A DNA stretch of 64,000 nucleotides, taken from the human T2T-CHM13v2.0 reference genome, Homo sapiens. Position numbers and translations under genes: made by a program. Each line of letters starts with the position of its first letter. The first letter of the stretch is position 1. This document shows, one piece after another, positions 11,401 through 24,130 of the stretch. The stretch lies in NCBI RefSeq assembly GCF_009914755.1, contig NC_060946.1; one strand, written 5' to 3'. The notes below the pieces were generated by a model. The model worked only from the letters and a program-made list of their open reading frames with translations, ran no database searches and was not told the DNA's origin.

Positions 11401-13585
11401 ATATAACAGGGAGTCTGCTTCCTCACACCCCTGGCTTCTCTGCCTGCTTGCTTTTCTCAGTTGTGCCAAGGGGGTGTGAGGAGGGGTTGGGGGGCAGGTT
11501 TTGGGGGCCGGGGGAGGAGGTCTGCTCCGCGTATCCATGCCGCCCCCTCCCCTCCTCGCCCCAGGAGAACAGTCTTTTCTTTGCAAATGTCACCCTCAAA
11601 GTGAGCCCTGGGCTTCGTTAACCCCAAAGTTGGTGTGAGAGAGGTACTCAGCTGAGCCCGAGCCTCCTAGCCCTCTGCTGTCCTCCCTCACCCCCTGCCC
11701 CCAGCAGGAAGGTCGTTGGGGTCCCCAGGGGATGGCACTAGCTTTCCTGGTCAGAGCCCCTGCCCACCAACAGTGCCGGTCTTGGACCCATTCCAGTGCC
11801 TACCCTCGCCCCTCAGTCACACTCCCCAAATCTCAGGAAACCCATGTGGGCCACAGGCCCTAGACTGGGGGTCTCTGGCAGGGGCGTGGGGAGAGCCGGG
11901 GCCCCCCAAGCTGAGGTGGGTGGCAGCCAAGCGACATGTTGCTAGGCGGGCAAAGCTGCTAGTAGAGGCGTCCCCACACCCCGCTGGGCCAGCTCCCACC
12001 CAGAGGTGAAGGATGATGGACTCCGGCCCATCAGCATCCTGACTGGTCAAGACCCCAGTCTCAGGACCGCAGATTTGCCTCCCAAAAGAGCTGGCCCCAG
12101 GAGCTGCTGCCAGGCTGGCCCTCCCTCACCACCCTCTGCCACCGCCTACATGGACAGAGAACCCCAGAGCCCAACGGTCACTCTGGGCACCAACTGCCAG
12201 GCACAGGGTTACCATGGTGACAGAGGCTGGCTGGGAGGGGCTGGGGCGCCACGAACCCAGCCTGCTCCTCAACCCTCTCTCGGGTGGGGGCCTCACTGTT
12301 TGTGCTTTGTTTGATGTTGGGTGGGGGGGTCAGAAAGAGGGAAGTGGCCATTGCCACGGAAACATGGGAGCCCCTCTGGCCAGGGGGCCAGGCCTGGATG
12401 AGCAGCCCAGAGGGGATGGGTGAGAAAGCCCTCCTTCCCCGGGTGGGCGGCTGAGATAGGAGCCGAGATCCCACGATGGGGTCGGGCAGGTGGGGACACA
12501 GGCCATGGGGACAGGCAGGAAGTCCCCCATGACAGCTCCTCCCTGCAGCCCTCCAGGCATCACAGTGCACCGCTGCCCTTCTGCGGTGGGCAGGGGTCTC
12601 GGAGGACCAGAGAAGCTGGGGCCGGGAGCCTGCACCTGAGACGTCCTGGGAGCTGGCCTGCCCGCCACACGCCCCACTCTTCCCAGGCCACGTGGAAGAC
12701 ACTTGAAGTGGGCTGGTGGAATGTCGCCCTGCCTCGGCTCCTTTCCCGTCAACAGGACCCTCTCCCTTCTCCCGGGTGCCGGCATAGGGGTCAAAAGCCC
12801 CCCAGGATTCTGAATCACAGCTGCACACTCTGGGGGCACTGCCATGTGGCTTTCTAGGAAGAAAAAGCACCTGCCTGATTCCCAAGTCCCTCAGCCCCAA
12901 GGGACCACAGCTTCGGAAAGGGATGTGGGGTGGGCACAGGGCGGGCAGGGGTCCACAAGAGAGCTGCAGGGGGTTCCGGGACAGCACTGGGCTGGGAAGT
13001 TGGGGGACTTGAGGCTAAGCTGCTGTGTGACCCTGGGGTTGTCAACTCCCTTCTCTGGGCCTCAGTTTCCCCCCCTCTCTAAAGTGGAAGGAGACATTGC
13101 CCGATGTCTAATGCTAAATCTGCAGGTGACTTGACTCCCAGCTTGGGAAGGGACCCTCTCCCTGCCCTAGAGGGGCTTCAGTCCCTCTCTACTCCAGCTT
13201 TCTTGACCCCCACACCTGTTTCTAGCCCCAGACCCCCAGACCCCACACCCTCTCTTGGCTTCCTTCCTCCCCCCGCCAGCCCCCCGGCCCTGCACACCCC
13301 AGCAGAGTCCCTGGGCAGCACAGTAAAGACGACTGGTTTCGGTATCAGTTTGTAAACTTTAAGGAAAATGTGTCTCTGTTTTCCTGTCCGTTATTGTCGG
13401 ATGTTGGTTTGTTCACAGTCGGGTGGTGGTCAGGTGTGTGTGTGCGTGCGTGCGTGCGGGTCTGCATGTGCGTCCTCTCCTGGGCCTTGGCCCCCGAGTC
13501 TGCTCCCCGCCCTGGCCGCCTGGACCCTTCCCCCAAAAGGCCCCCAGCCCTCTGGCTCCGACCTCACCAGGGAGGAAGGGGGGGG
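8473..13585 (-). other. ELFN2: ELFN2 3'UTR (~5.1 kb); 3' end approximate
   Basis: Continuous with the CDS. First clear minus-strand AATAAA lies in an AT-rich island at 8492-8497, and cleavage is expected ~15-25 nt downstream. Confidence 0.75.
8492..8497 (-). terminator. Polyadenylation signal AATAAA of ELFN2
   Basis: Plus-strand TTTATT, preceded in the mRNA by U-rich sequence. Confidence 0.75.
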
Positions 13586-16048
13586 TCACAGCTTCTGCTG
13601 GGCGGAGACCCCCTTCCAGTAATCAAGGATGTCATGCAGATCCTCGTCCTTGGCGAACTGGACCTTCTTGCGCAGGGCGTGACCGGCGGCCATGTACACC
13701 TCCTCCCGGTGGTGCTTCTTGTAGGGCCGGAAGCGCTCCCAGATCTTGTGCGTGCTCTCGGATGAGTACTCGGGGCTGGAGGAGTACCCTGAGTAGTAGT
13801 GTCTGGGGGAGAGCTGCGAGTAGGTGGAGTCACGCTTGGAGCGGGTCAGCGGCTTGAGGAAGGACACGCGCTGGCTCAGGCTGTCGGCACCCTCCTCGTA
13901 GTACAGGGCGGGAAAGCTGTGCCGGTGCTCGCTGCAGTGGTAGGCCGGCTTCACCTCCAGGTGGTGGATGCCCCCGCCCCCGCCGCTGCCCCCGCCGCTG
14001 CCCGCCGGCACCAGCGGGAGCCGGTCCAGCGGGCTGTTGAGGGGGCTGCCCTTCTCGATGTACTTGGAGTCGCCCTTAGCCAGCCCTGTGGCGGCCGGAT
14101 GGTCGGGCACGTCCAGGCTAAAGACCTTGGCGCTCTTGATGGAACCACTGGACGACACGCTGCAGGTCTTGCGGGTCACGGCCGCGTCGGCGCTCAGCTG
14201 GCGCTGTAGTGGGTGGTGGGAGCTCTCCTTGTAGGGAGGCGAAAGGAAGCTGGGCCGCTCCAGGGCCCCGGGGCCAGTGGCTGAGGAGGCGGCAGCAGCT
14301 GCAGGGAGGGACTGGCACTCGAAGGCCAGCTCGGGGTCCCCACTGCTGCTGCCGCCTCCCAGAAAAGAGGCCGAGTCCAGCTTGAGAGCATCGATGCAGT
14401 TGTTAATGATCTGGTTGACCTTGTCCACCTCCTTGGCAATGGTGGAGATCTCTGCAGCCGAGCCCTGGCCGTTCTCGAGGTCCGGGAGGTCATCCTCGGG
14501 CCGAGCCAGACCGTCCCCGCCGGCGCCTGTGCGCACCTCGATATAGTTGCCTTTGGTGGCTACCTTGGGTGTGTCCAGCCCGGCCTCCAACCCCTTGGCG
14601 GTGGGCAGCTTCTCCCCGATCATGGAGGGGATGGAGGCCATGCGAGATACGGGCAGCACGGGAGGCTCGCCCAGCTTCTGGGCGGCGTGCACAATGGAGC
14701 CGGCATCCACATCAGCCCCGTAGCGCATCTCCAGGATGGTCTTCTTGACGTTGACAGACTTCTGCTTCTCCTCCTGCATGCGCCGCTTGCGCAGGCAGTA
14801 GTACACGGCTCCCAGCACGATAACCATGCCAAAGAGGCAGCCCAGGATGGTCATGATGTAGTGGGTGGTGGTGGAGGTGCTGGGCGCCAAGTCTCCGGGG
14901 ACGGGGTCCCGCGTGGTGAAGGTCAGGCAGGTGTGGTTGAAGCGGCGGCTGTTGCGCAGCGAGGTCACGCAGAAGGTGTACTCAGTGTGCGCCCGCAGTT
15001 TGTCCAGCGTCACGATCTCCTTCTTGTTCTTGAGGGTCATGACGTCGGAGAAGTAGCTGTTGTTGTACTGCACGAGGATGTACATCTTGCTGTAGGGGTG
15101 TGGAATGATGACCACCAGGGTGGCCGAGGTGAACGTGACGTGGTGCAGCTTGATGGCTGGCCCTGCCGACGCATCCGTGGTGGACGAGGCCGGCGGCTCC
15201 ACCGAAAGGATCTCGTCGGGGTTGAAGCCCGAGTTCTCGTCTGGCTCCCTCTGGGCGTCGGTGGAGTAGGGCGTGGGGTGGCTCACGGGCCGGGCGGGCA
15301 GCGAGCCATTCCGACACTTGGCCTGGAGTACGGTGATGGCGTTGAGGCTGTGGTAGGGCCGGGGCACCAGCAGCGGGTAGCCGGCAAACTCCCGCGGCGA
15401 CTCACACTGCAGGCGGTCGTAGTTCTTGGTGACGTTGTTGAAGACCACCAGCCAGGCCAGGAAGCCGAAGAGGTCGCACTCACAGTTGAAGGGGTTGCCG
15501 GCCAGCTCACACACCATCAGGCTGGCGAGGCTGGCAAAGGTGGCACCGTCCAGGCGGCTGAGGCGGTTGGAGGACAGGTCGATGCTGATGAGGCTCGGGC
15601 ACTCGGAGAAGGCGGTGGGCGTCACCACCTCGATGAGGTTGTGCTGGACAAAGAGGAACTGCAGGCGGCTCATGCCTCGCAGCATGCCCTCCGTCAGGTT
15701 GCTGAGCTTGTTGTAGCCCAGCTGCAGGACCTGCAGGCTCGACTGGCCCAGGAAGGCACCGTCCTCGATGTAGGAGATCTCGTTCTTGGTGAGGTTGAGG
15801 TCGGTGAGGTTCCCAAAGCGGTTGAGCGAGGAGTAGAGCACGGCTTTGAGCTTGTTCTCGTTGAGCCGCAGGTCGTGCACGGTGCTATTGATGTGCTGCG
15901 GGATGGTCTCGTAGGGCGGCTGGTTCTGGCTGCAGATGGCCAGCCACACGTAGCCCTTGTCGCCCTCAATGAGCCAGCAGTCGGCACGCACGGCACCCGG
16001 CCGGCACACGCACAGCAGCGCCGCCGCGCACAGCCCCAGGCGCAGCAT
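13586..16048 (-). CDS. ELFN2: Extracellular leucine-rich repeat and fibronectin type III domain-containing protein 2 (820 aa; PP1 regulatory subunit 29), single coding exon
   Basis: Intact 820-aa ORF. It has a signal peptide (MLRLGLCAAALLCVCRPGAVRA), LRR repeats (LxxLxLxxN), LRRCT (NPFNCECDL), an FN3 domain, a TM helix (YIMTILGCLFGMVIVLGAVYYCL) and a long cytoplasmic tail with an RVxF PP1 motif (KKVQF). Kozak context is GCCATGC. Confidence 0.98.
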   Translation of the reverse strand: MLRLGLCAAALLCVCRPGAVRADCWLIEGDKGYVWLAICSQNQPPYETIPQHINSTVHDLRLNENKLKAVLYSSLNRFGNLTDLNLTKNEISYIEDGAFLGQSSLQVLQLGYNKLSNLTEGMLRGMSRLQFLFVQHNLIEVVTPTAFSECPSLISIDLSSNRLSRLDGATFASLASLMVCELAGNPFNCECDLFGFLAWLVVFNNVTKNYDRLQCESPREFAGYPLLVPRPYHSLNAITVLQAKCRNGSLPARPVSHPTPYSTDAQREPDENSGFNPDEILSVEPPASSTTDASAGPAIKLHHVTFTSATLVVIIPHPYSKMYILVQYNNSYFSDVMTLKNKKEIVTLDKLRAHTEYTFCVTSLRNSRRFNHTCLTFTTRDPVPGDLAPSTSTTTHYIMTILGCLFGMVIVLGAVYYCLRKRRMQEEKQKSVNVKKTILEMRYGADVDAGSIVHAAQKLGEPPVLPVSRMASIPSMIGEKLPTAKGLEAGLDTPKVATKGNYIEVRTGAGGDGLARPEDDLPDLENGQGSAAEISTIAKEVDKVNQIINNCIDALKLDSASFLGGGSSSGDPELAFECQSLPAAAAASSATGPGALERPSFLSPPYKESSHHPLQRQLSADAAVTRKTCSVSSSGSIKSAKVFSLDVPDHPAATGLAKGDSKYIEKGSPLNSPLDRLPLVPAGSGGGSGGGGGIHHLEVKPAYHCSEHRHSFPALYYEEGADSLSQRVSFLKPLTRSKRDSTYSQLSPRHYYSGYSSSPEYSSESTHKIWERFRPYKKHHREEVYMAAGHALRKKVQFAKDEDLHDILDYWKGVSAQQKL

Positions 16049-16100
16049 GGCGCTGGCCTCGGAGTGAGGGGCCAGGGCAAGGCAGGGGGTGCCTAGCGGC
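13650..16100. other. CpG-rich gene-body island coinciding with the ELFN2 CDS
   Basis: Visibly high GC and CpG density. Confidence 0.75.
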
Positions 16101-16146
16101 CAGAGGCTGGGGCTGGCAGTACAGTCCTCCCTGGGGCCGCCACCAT
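16093..16146 (-). promoter_or_regulatory. uORF, 17 aa (MVAAPGRTVLPAPASGR), strong Kozak AAGATGG
   Basis: Hand translation. Out of frame with the main ORF; stop is 44 nt upstream of the main ATG. Confidence 0.7.
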
Positions 16147-16350
16147 CTTGGGGGCGACCCCCAGCACGGGGGCCCCAGGCAAGGTGGGTACAGCTAGTGC
16201 CAACTGCTGGGGATCTTCTAGGGTGCTACAGCAGGCACTAGGCCTGGCTAGGGCTGGGGGTGGGGGCCCCACAGCCTGCTCCCCACCGCAGCGTTGCTCC
16301 TTGTCTCCTGCTAGGAAGGTGCAAGGGTTCTCAGGGCTTGACTTCCTCTC

Positions 16351-16386
16351 CCTCCTCCTCCTCCTCCTCCTCCTCCTCCTCCTCCT
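16351..16386. repeat. (CCT)12 / (AGG)12 trinucleotide STR in the ELFN2 5'UTR
   Basis: Direct reading. Confidence 0.95.
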
Positions 16387-16410
16387 CGTCTTCCTCCTTG
16401 GCTTCCGGGC

Positions 16411-16500
16411 TCAGAACTTCAGATGATTCCCACAGGAGGCTGGAGAGTGCCGCACTGAGCCAGGAGTGAGAGAGATGGGGGCAGGAAGGAAGAGACCCAT
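16411..16500 (-). promoter_or_regulatory. uORF, 29 aa (MGLFLPAPISLTPGSVRHSPASCGNHLKF)
   Basis: Hand translation; ATG lies 13 nt into the exon. Confidence 0.6.
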
Positions 16501-19500
16501 CTGCACCTGGTTCCTGAAAGGCAGCATCGAGAGCGGGTGACAGATCAGTGTGAGGGCTCAGAGCAGCCCCGTCAAGCTCCAGCGCAGGCCCCCCATCCCT
16601 TCTCCACACCCCGTCCCAGGGCCTCTGTGCCAGCAAGCACTCTGGGGTCCCTGTTACATCAAAGAAGCAGGGGGTTGGTGGGTGGCAAGAGGCAGGAGGG
16701 GGCCCAGGGGCTGGGACGGAGGGAGACAGAAGAATAGGGGGAGTAGGGGCAGAGACTGAGGATCATGGGCACAGAAGGGACACTGGAGAGAACAGGTGAG
16801 CACAGGTGCAGACACACACCCCCAGCACCCTGGAGGCCATGCTCATCCCCCTACCTGCACAGAGACCCACATGCCCCCACATGAGCCAGACCTCCATGGC
16901 ATGCACACGCAGACAGCTACACACACACACACACAAGCACACCTACAATCTGCACACGACAAGCAGGCCCATACACACGTGTCCACGTACCCAAGCGGGC
17001 ACCCCTGAATCCACAAAAAGAATTAAGAAGCCCAGCAAAATGCCTCCTTTCCTCCATGCCCAAAGATAAATAATTCATTTGTTGTGTAACTGCTCTTGTT
17101 CCAAAAATAATTCCCTTGTCTCAGCTTCCATGGGGGAGGGGGAGCAGAATATCGCAGCTGTGGGGCCCCCCAAGCAGAGGGACACAGAAGCCGGGGTCTC
17201 CCACAGTGGGAGGGCGTGGGGAGACCTCATCTCACAGGCAGAGCAGAGCCAAGGGAAAGAAAGGCCAGACTCTGGGAGGCCAGAGGTACCCCAGTATCAT
17301 CTTCCCAAAGTGCCTTCCCTGGAGCACCTTGATCCTTGGGAGGGTGCCAGCCTTCTGGAGTAGCACGGCTGAGGCCCAGCTCCCCTTCCATGGCTGGAGA
17401 GTCAGAGGCCCAGAGAGGGACAGGGAGTTGCCCCAACTAACATAGCACAGCCTAGACCAGGATCAAGGTTCCTAAGGCACTGAGCCCAAGTCAGATGTCA
17501 GGAGGCCTGGAGCCCCACAACTGCTCAGCCCAATTAGCTAGGTAAACCACAACATCTTCTATTTCCACAGGTACAAAGTGGGTCCCTTTCTGGCCCACTT
17601 GATGGGGGAGAAGAAGCAGGGGACTCATGCCGCCCATTTGCAAGATGCAGAAGGGCAGGGGAGGCACCACGGGGGTCACAGCGGCAGACCATCTGCATCA
17701 ACCCTCACTTTCCAAGTGGGGAAACTGAGCCACAGACTCAGGGGAGACTTGGCCAGGTTGCCCAGCAAGCTGGACACAGCCCCTTGGACAGACCTCAGCC
17801 CCAGCCCCCACCCTGTGCTCTCAACTATGGGAACAGCCCAGTTCTCCCTCCCTCTGCCCTGGGCAGGGGCCAGGGATGTGAAGATGAGGTCTGAGAAATC
17901 CACGTTTGGACACAGAAAGCCAGAGACTGTTCACAAGAGCCACCTCTGCCTCTCTCTCCTCCTCCTCCTCCTGGGAAAGTCCAGGAAAGAGAAGAGTGCT
18001 TAAAAAAAAATTTAAACCTTTGCCATTAAAGCAAAACCAATTTACAGCACTGAGCCCCAGAGGGCTGGAACAGAGGAAAGGGAAATGGGTGAGGGGTCGG
18101 GGGTTAATCCCACAAGAAGTCCGGGGTGGGGATGGTGATAGGTGAACAGGGAGTCCAGATGGCCCGCTGGACTAAAGGCTGATGCTACGTCAGAGGCCGT
18201 CAGAGGCTGTGATGATCTGGACCTCTGAGGCCAGGCTCACACCTCCCCAGTCGCTACAGAACCAGCTTGGGGGCACCACAAGGCAGCCAGGCAGGAAGGG
18301 GTGCCCAGGCAGCAGACAGCAGCTCTGTCCTTGGCTGTGCTATGCAAAGGTCTCAGGGCTGCAGAGACCTTGGCCCCCGTCCAGCACGGCCACTGGCTCC
18401 TGGGGGATCCCAGGCCAGTTCTACCCCTCTCTGAGCCTCAGTTTCCCCTCCCACAGGTAGCAAGGTTGTACTGGAAGAGGCCGAGTCTCCATGCTTGCCA
18501 CTTCAGAGATCCACGAGCCAGCCTGTCAGAGAACCCTCGTCTGCTCCAATGCAGTCCCTCTTCCTCATCGGGGAATGTCTGGGGACCGCATTTGTATGCA
18601 GGTGCACACACAGGTGGCTCAGAGTGCTGATGCAGGGGTGTGCTGACGTGTACAAGTCAAGGATGGGCGGGCAGGCGCGTGTGCACACGTCCTCTGCATC
18701 AGCTTCGGGGGCATGTGCTTGTGTGTGCAGGGGCAGGAAGGTATGTGTGTCGGGGACATCCCAGAGAATGCAAGCACCCATCTATGTTATAGTTGGCATG
18801 TTTAAGTACATGTGTGTTCTGTGTGTTCTACACGTGTGTGTGCCTACATGCAACTCCAGCCCCTCTCCTCACATCTGAGTTGCTCAAACCAGCATCCCCA
18901 CAGCCAGACCCAGGGTATTGGGCAAAGCCAAGCTGTCTGGAGCCTTGGGAAAGCCCAGGCCCTGCCAAAGGATGCGAAGAGGCTGAGCGTGGAGGGGCAT
19001 GGGAGAAGAGGCCCACGTGGGAGGGGAGCTAGTCCCCCCACCAGCTCTTCCCAAACAGTCCAGGGTGGACAGAGGCCCGCCGTGCCCCAAGCCCAGCCAC
19101 TCCAAGCTCTGCCCACCTGAACCTCAAGGTGACCTGCCTGTGGCCCTCTCTCCTCTTCCTCCTGGTCTCCAGGATGGCTTGGGCTGGGCCCAGCTCCGAC
19201 CCACCCCCGTGACTCAGACGGAGTTGGGAGGAGGCTCCCATCGTGCTGTCCCAGGGGCGTCAGCTGCCCGGTCCCCATCCCGGGCTGCCTGCCTGCCACC
19301 CGTGGAGACCTGACGCGGCCAGGGAGGGAACAGAGAGGCCAAGGCAGAGAAGGCGCTGACAGCAGCACTTGGCCCCCAGCCCAGCTGTTCACGCACTCAA
19401 GGTGTGGGGGGTGGGGGCAGCAGCCTGTCCTCTCAGGTCTGAGGCTAAGGGTCCAGCGGTCACATGGCCAAGGTCATGCCCCTCCCCTACTCCCATGAGG

Positions 19501-22309
19501 GTGGTCCTCCCACACACACAGCAGGGGGGACAGGGCAGTACCCCACATACCCAGGTGGTGAGAGACGGGAAGAAGGGGGTGCTGCAGGGAGGAGGTGAGG
19601 ACTGAGAATGGTGGAAAAGCAAAAATATCAAGACAGCCGAGCAGACAGACAGAGGAGGAGAGAAAAGGAGAAAGCGCGTCTGAGACAGAGGCACCGACGG
19701 CAGTGAGCTATCTAGATGATAGATGGGGGGCGCGGGGGACACGGGCACCTGCTTCCCTCCCGCAGCCCAGAGGCCCGGGAGACAATTGACACCTGGTCTG
19801 GCTGAACCACGAGAATGCAGCCTGTGACCAGCCCAGAGGGAGAGGGGAGCAGTGGAAGCAGCTGTGGGGCGCAGAGGCCTCTTCTGCCCAGAGCCCGGTG
19901 GCACAGCCCAGGAGGGGTGCAGCCATGCAGGCAAGCAGGCATTGGGGGGTGGCATGTTCCAGCAAAGAGCAGGGCTCCCGTGCCCTGGCCTGACTGGACC
20001 CCTCCCCTAGAGCTTTTCTCCCTTCAGGCCCCAAGTGCCCCACCACCAGCTCTCTTTAAGGGGCACTCTCTCCTTCCACCACAGAAGAAACAGCTGCACA
20101 GCCAGGGTGCATGCTGTTATCGGGGGCTCCCGGTCTGCAGGCTGCATGCTGTAGGACGTCCCCTCTCATGGGGACATTCATGGGCAGAGAGGAGAGTCAG
20201 TGAGACCTCACAGCACTTGCTGCTCTGAGGGCAGAGCTGGTGGTGCAGGGGTCTCAGTTCAGAGCTGGGCAGGACCACAGACCCCAAAGTCACTCTCAGC
20301 AAATGCCTCCCCTCTCCGGTTAGTCAGCTGCCCAGTGATCCCGCTGGGTTTGTGCCCTTTCCGCCCGGGTGCTCCTAGGTCCCGGGCCCCTCTCTGGACT
20401 CAGAACTGAGAAGACAAGGAGTCCTGGCTCAGTCCCACCCCTGCCCCCCGTCGGAGGGCAAGCCTGGCACAGCGCCTGGCCTCTGTGAATGACAGCCGCT
20501 GTTGTTAATGGGGGTTTTATAGTTATTTCTTCACAACCCTCATCACCCAAGATCAGGGTTCCCCTGGACTCAGGCTTGCTGAACCTCCGGGTCACATCCT
20601 CTCAGCCCCCCGCTATAGGCTGACTCCCAAGCTTCCCTGTCAGGGGAGCGTCTGGACCCCGGACCCGGGGAGAGCCCCCACTGCACTGCGGCGTGTGGGA
20701 GGGGTTGAGGGGGGTTGGGCTAACTCCCCAGGCTGGGTGAGAGGGTGAACAGAGCGAGGCCAGCTGGGGACGCAGGCAGCGGAGGTCAGCAGGGAAGATG
20801 CAGGCCCAACCAGCTCTGAGACCCAGGTAAGCTGCAGGCCCTCTCCGAGCCTCAGTTTCTCCCCGTGTGGCAAGGTGAGTACCACCCAGCTCCAGAGTTC
20901 CCCCGAAATCCCAGACATGACAGAGACACACACGCTCAGTCCAGGGCAGGAGGCCCCACAAACACACCACCCCAGGCTCCCGCTTGTGTGGCCACACTCT
21001 TGCAGGGACACCCGTCAGCTCCAGGAGCAGGTGGGGGGAAGCGCAGTCTGTGTCCTGGCCTCCCAGGAGCAGGGACGTGAGGCTCGGCCAGGGAAATCTC
21101 ATTTGCAGCAGCTCATAAGCCCTGGCACAGGCTCTTCCCTGAGCCAGGCTGGCCAAGGCTCCCGGAGGTGTCATTGTCACCATCCGTGTCATTGCCATTA
21201 CTGAGGATTAGGAGGACCAAGGACTCCTGGGGCCCAGCCAGATCTCTCAGGTAGGCAGCTGCCTCACCCCTTGCTGCTGGAACCCTAGCACCAGGACAGG
21301 AACTCTGCCCTCAGGGACAAAGCCTGCCACCCCCCGGGGAAGAGACTCAAGCCGGGGGTCTGAACACCAGTCTTTTCACTGCCTAGAGCTCCTTGGAGCT
21401 CCCTTGTCATGGAGCTCCCTGGGCCTCAGTTCCTTGTCTGTAAAATGGGAGGATTATACCTTCACCATGGAACTACCGTTCGGTAAGTTAACTTTTTGGA
21501 TTTCCAGCGCAATGAGCCCTTACTGCAGGGCATAGATGGTGCGGGGAAGGGTCCTGGGATTGAATGCTGAGCTGTGTGACATCAGGCACATTACCTAACT
21601 CCTCTGGGCTTCAGTCTCCTGGCCTCTAAGACAGTCATATACCCCTTATCCAATGCTCCTTTGTGTCTGACATTTGATGTTCCTCGAATCTTATATCAAC
21701 CCCACACAGCTGGTGCTGTCAGCCTCATCTTACAGATGAGAAGACAGAGGCTCTCTCCTCCCCGGCTTCCCTCCAAAGGGCTGGGACCATGGCAGGGGCG
21801 GGACATGCACTGAGCCAGTCTACTGGGTTTTCTGCCCCGTCAGAGGAAAGCGTGCAAGGGGGAGTTGTCCACAAGCCTCGAGAGATTTCGATGTTTCCAT
21901 CAATCAGGAAGTACTGATTCCAGGCCAGCTGTGCTCCTCAAACCCCTAGGCACACTCCCCACCCCAGGACCTTTGCTCTTCTCTCTGCCTGGAATGTTCT
22001 TCCCCCAGAATCCCCATAATCCACCTGAGATCTCTGCTCAACCACTCCCTGCCCCTGACCCCCACCTTCTCTAGCCCCCCAGTCTGAGAGAACTCACTCC
22101 TCACCCAACCCAGGCTTCGGTCCCCTGACAGCAGCCAGCACTACCTGACGTCACTTAATTCTTCATCATCGCCCTGCCTTGCCCCACCCCCAGCAGAAAA
22201 GCAAAGCAGGATTTAACTTTGTTCACTGCTGTAACCCCCATGCCTAGAACAGGGTCAGACGTACAGCGGGTTCTCAGGACATGCTGTGTGGAGTGAGAGC
22301 TCCAGGCTA

Positions 22310-22579
<270 letters not shown>

Positions 22580-22802
22580 TTAGTTTCACGGCCGTCCTTA
22601 TGCCTCCCATTTTACAGGCAAGGAACTGAAACTCAGAGAGGTGCAGTGATGCACCCAAGACCACACAGCCAAGAACCCAGGCCAGCCTGAGCTAGTGGAA
22701 CCAGCAGACTTTCCAAGGCTCCTCCCTGGAAGACGATGTCCCGTCACCTGCAGACCTCCAGTAACAGGGCTCTCAGCGCCCACCTAAAGCTACTGGTTCT
22801 CC

Positions 22803-23355
<553 letters not shown>

Positions 23356-23359
23356 TGAT

Positions 23360-24130
23360 TCCCTTCTTGAACAGCTCTGATTACTAGAAATTTCTTCTTC
23401 TATTACAAAGCCAAGTCTGGTTCCTTGTGCTTCTGTTCATGGGTGCCACCTTGCTCTCTGGAGCCACTAGGGACGAGGCCAGTACCCCATAAAGACCCTT
23501 CTGACATCTCCTGGTCTGTTATCACTCTGCTTATCCAAGCTAAACAGCACCACGTCCTCTACCTGCTCTTCCTTCGCTGTGGTGTCAAGTCCCTCCTGCC
23601 CTTGGGTACAGCTGCCCGGGTCATGCTTGCTGTCAAGGTCCCTCTTACAACGTGTCGCCTGGAGCCAAGCACCAGTGCCGATGCATTCAGAGCAGGATCA
23701 GCTCCAGAAGCCTCCACCTCCCTCGGCTGGGCTCCCTGCTTCTGTTCATGCGGTGAGAGTAAGGAGGCACCAGCGTCCTGTCCTCACCTTGTCCTAGATG
23801 TCAACCAAACCTCTAGGCCCCTTCACACACACGGCCAGGCAGCCCTAGTGCCCTCACAAGGTCCACGGGCAGCTCTGGGCAGTATCTGTTTAGGTCTCTT
23901 CTGAGGTGCTGGGTGTTCGTCCACCCCCATTCAATCATGTCTTGTTAGTCTCAGCCCTGCACACCAGCTGCTCTGGGTCCCGGGGGAGCTGGCTCCTGCC
24001 CCTCACTGCTTTGGCACCTGCTCCGGGCTCTGTGTCATCCTGCACTGGGTGAGCAGGCCATGACTGCATCTGTGTCACAGGGAAACAGGGACCGGGCCCA
24101 GGCTAGGGGCCCTGCCTGCAGTTCAGCCCT
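23360..24130 (-). mobile_element. L3/CR1 LINE fragment (probably continues at ~22700-22800 across the two Alus)
   Basis: Resembles recalled CR1/L3 antisense motifs (tagaaatttcttcttc, ccaagctaaacagcacc, gtccctctta). Confidence 0.6.

Larger units (their letters stand above)
16049..16513 (-). other. ELFN2: 5'UTR part of the ELFN2 terminal exon; acceptor ...gctgcctttcAG|GAACC at 16514/16513
   Basis: Minus-strand pyrimidine run plus CAG. Nearby alternative AGs at 16507-16508 and 16501-16502. Confidence 0.75.

Noticed and set aside
13586-13600. C-terminal QKL as a peroxisomal PTS1 signal
   Set aside because: Type I membrane protein with a signal peptide; motif is non-canonical
14687-16096. 469-aa plus-strand ORF
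   Set aside because: Antisense shadow of the high-GC3 ELFN2 CDS; no independent protein features
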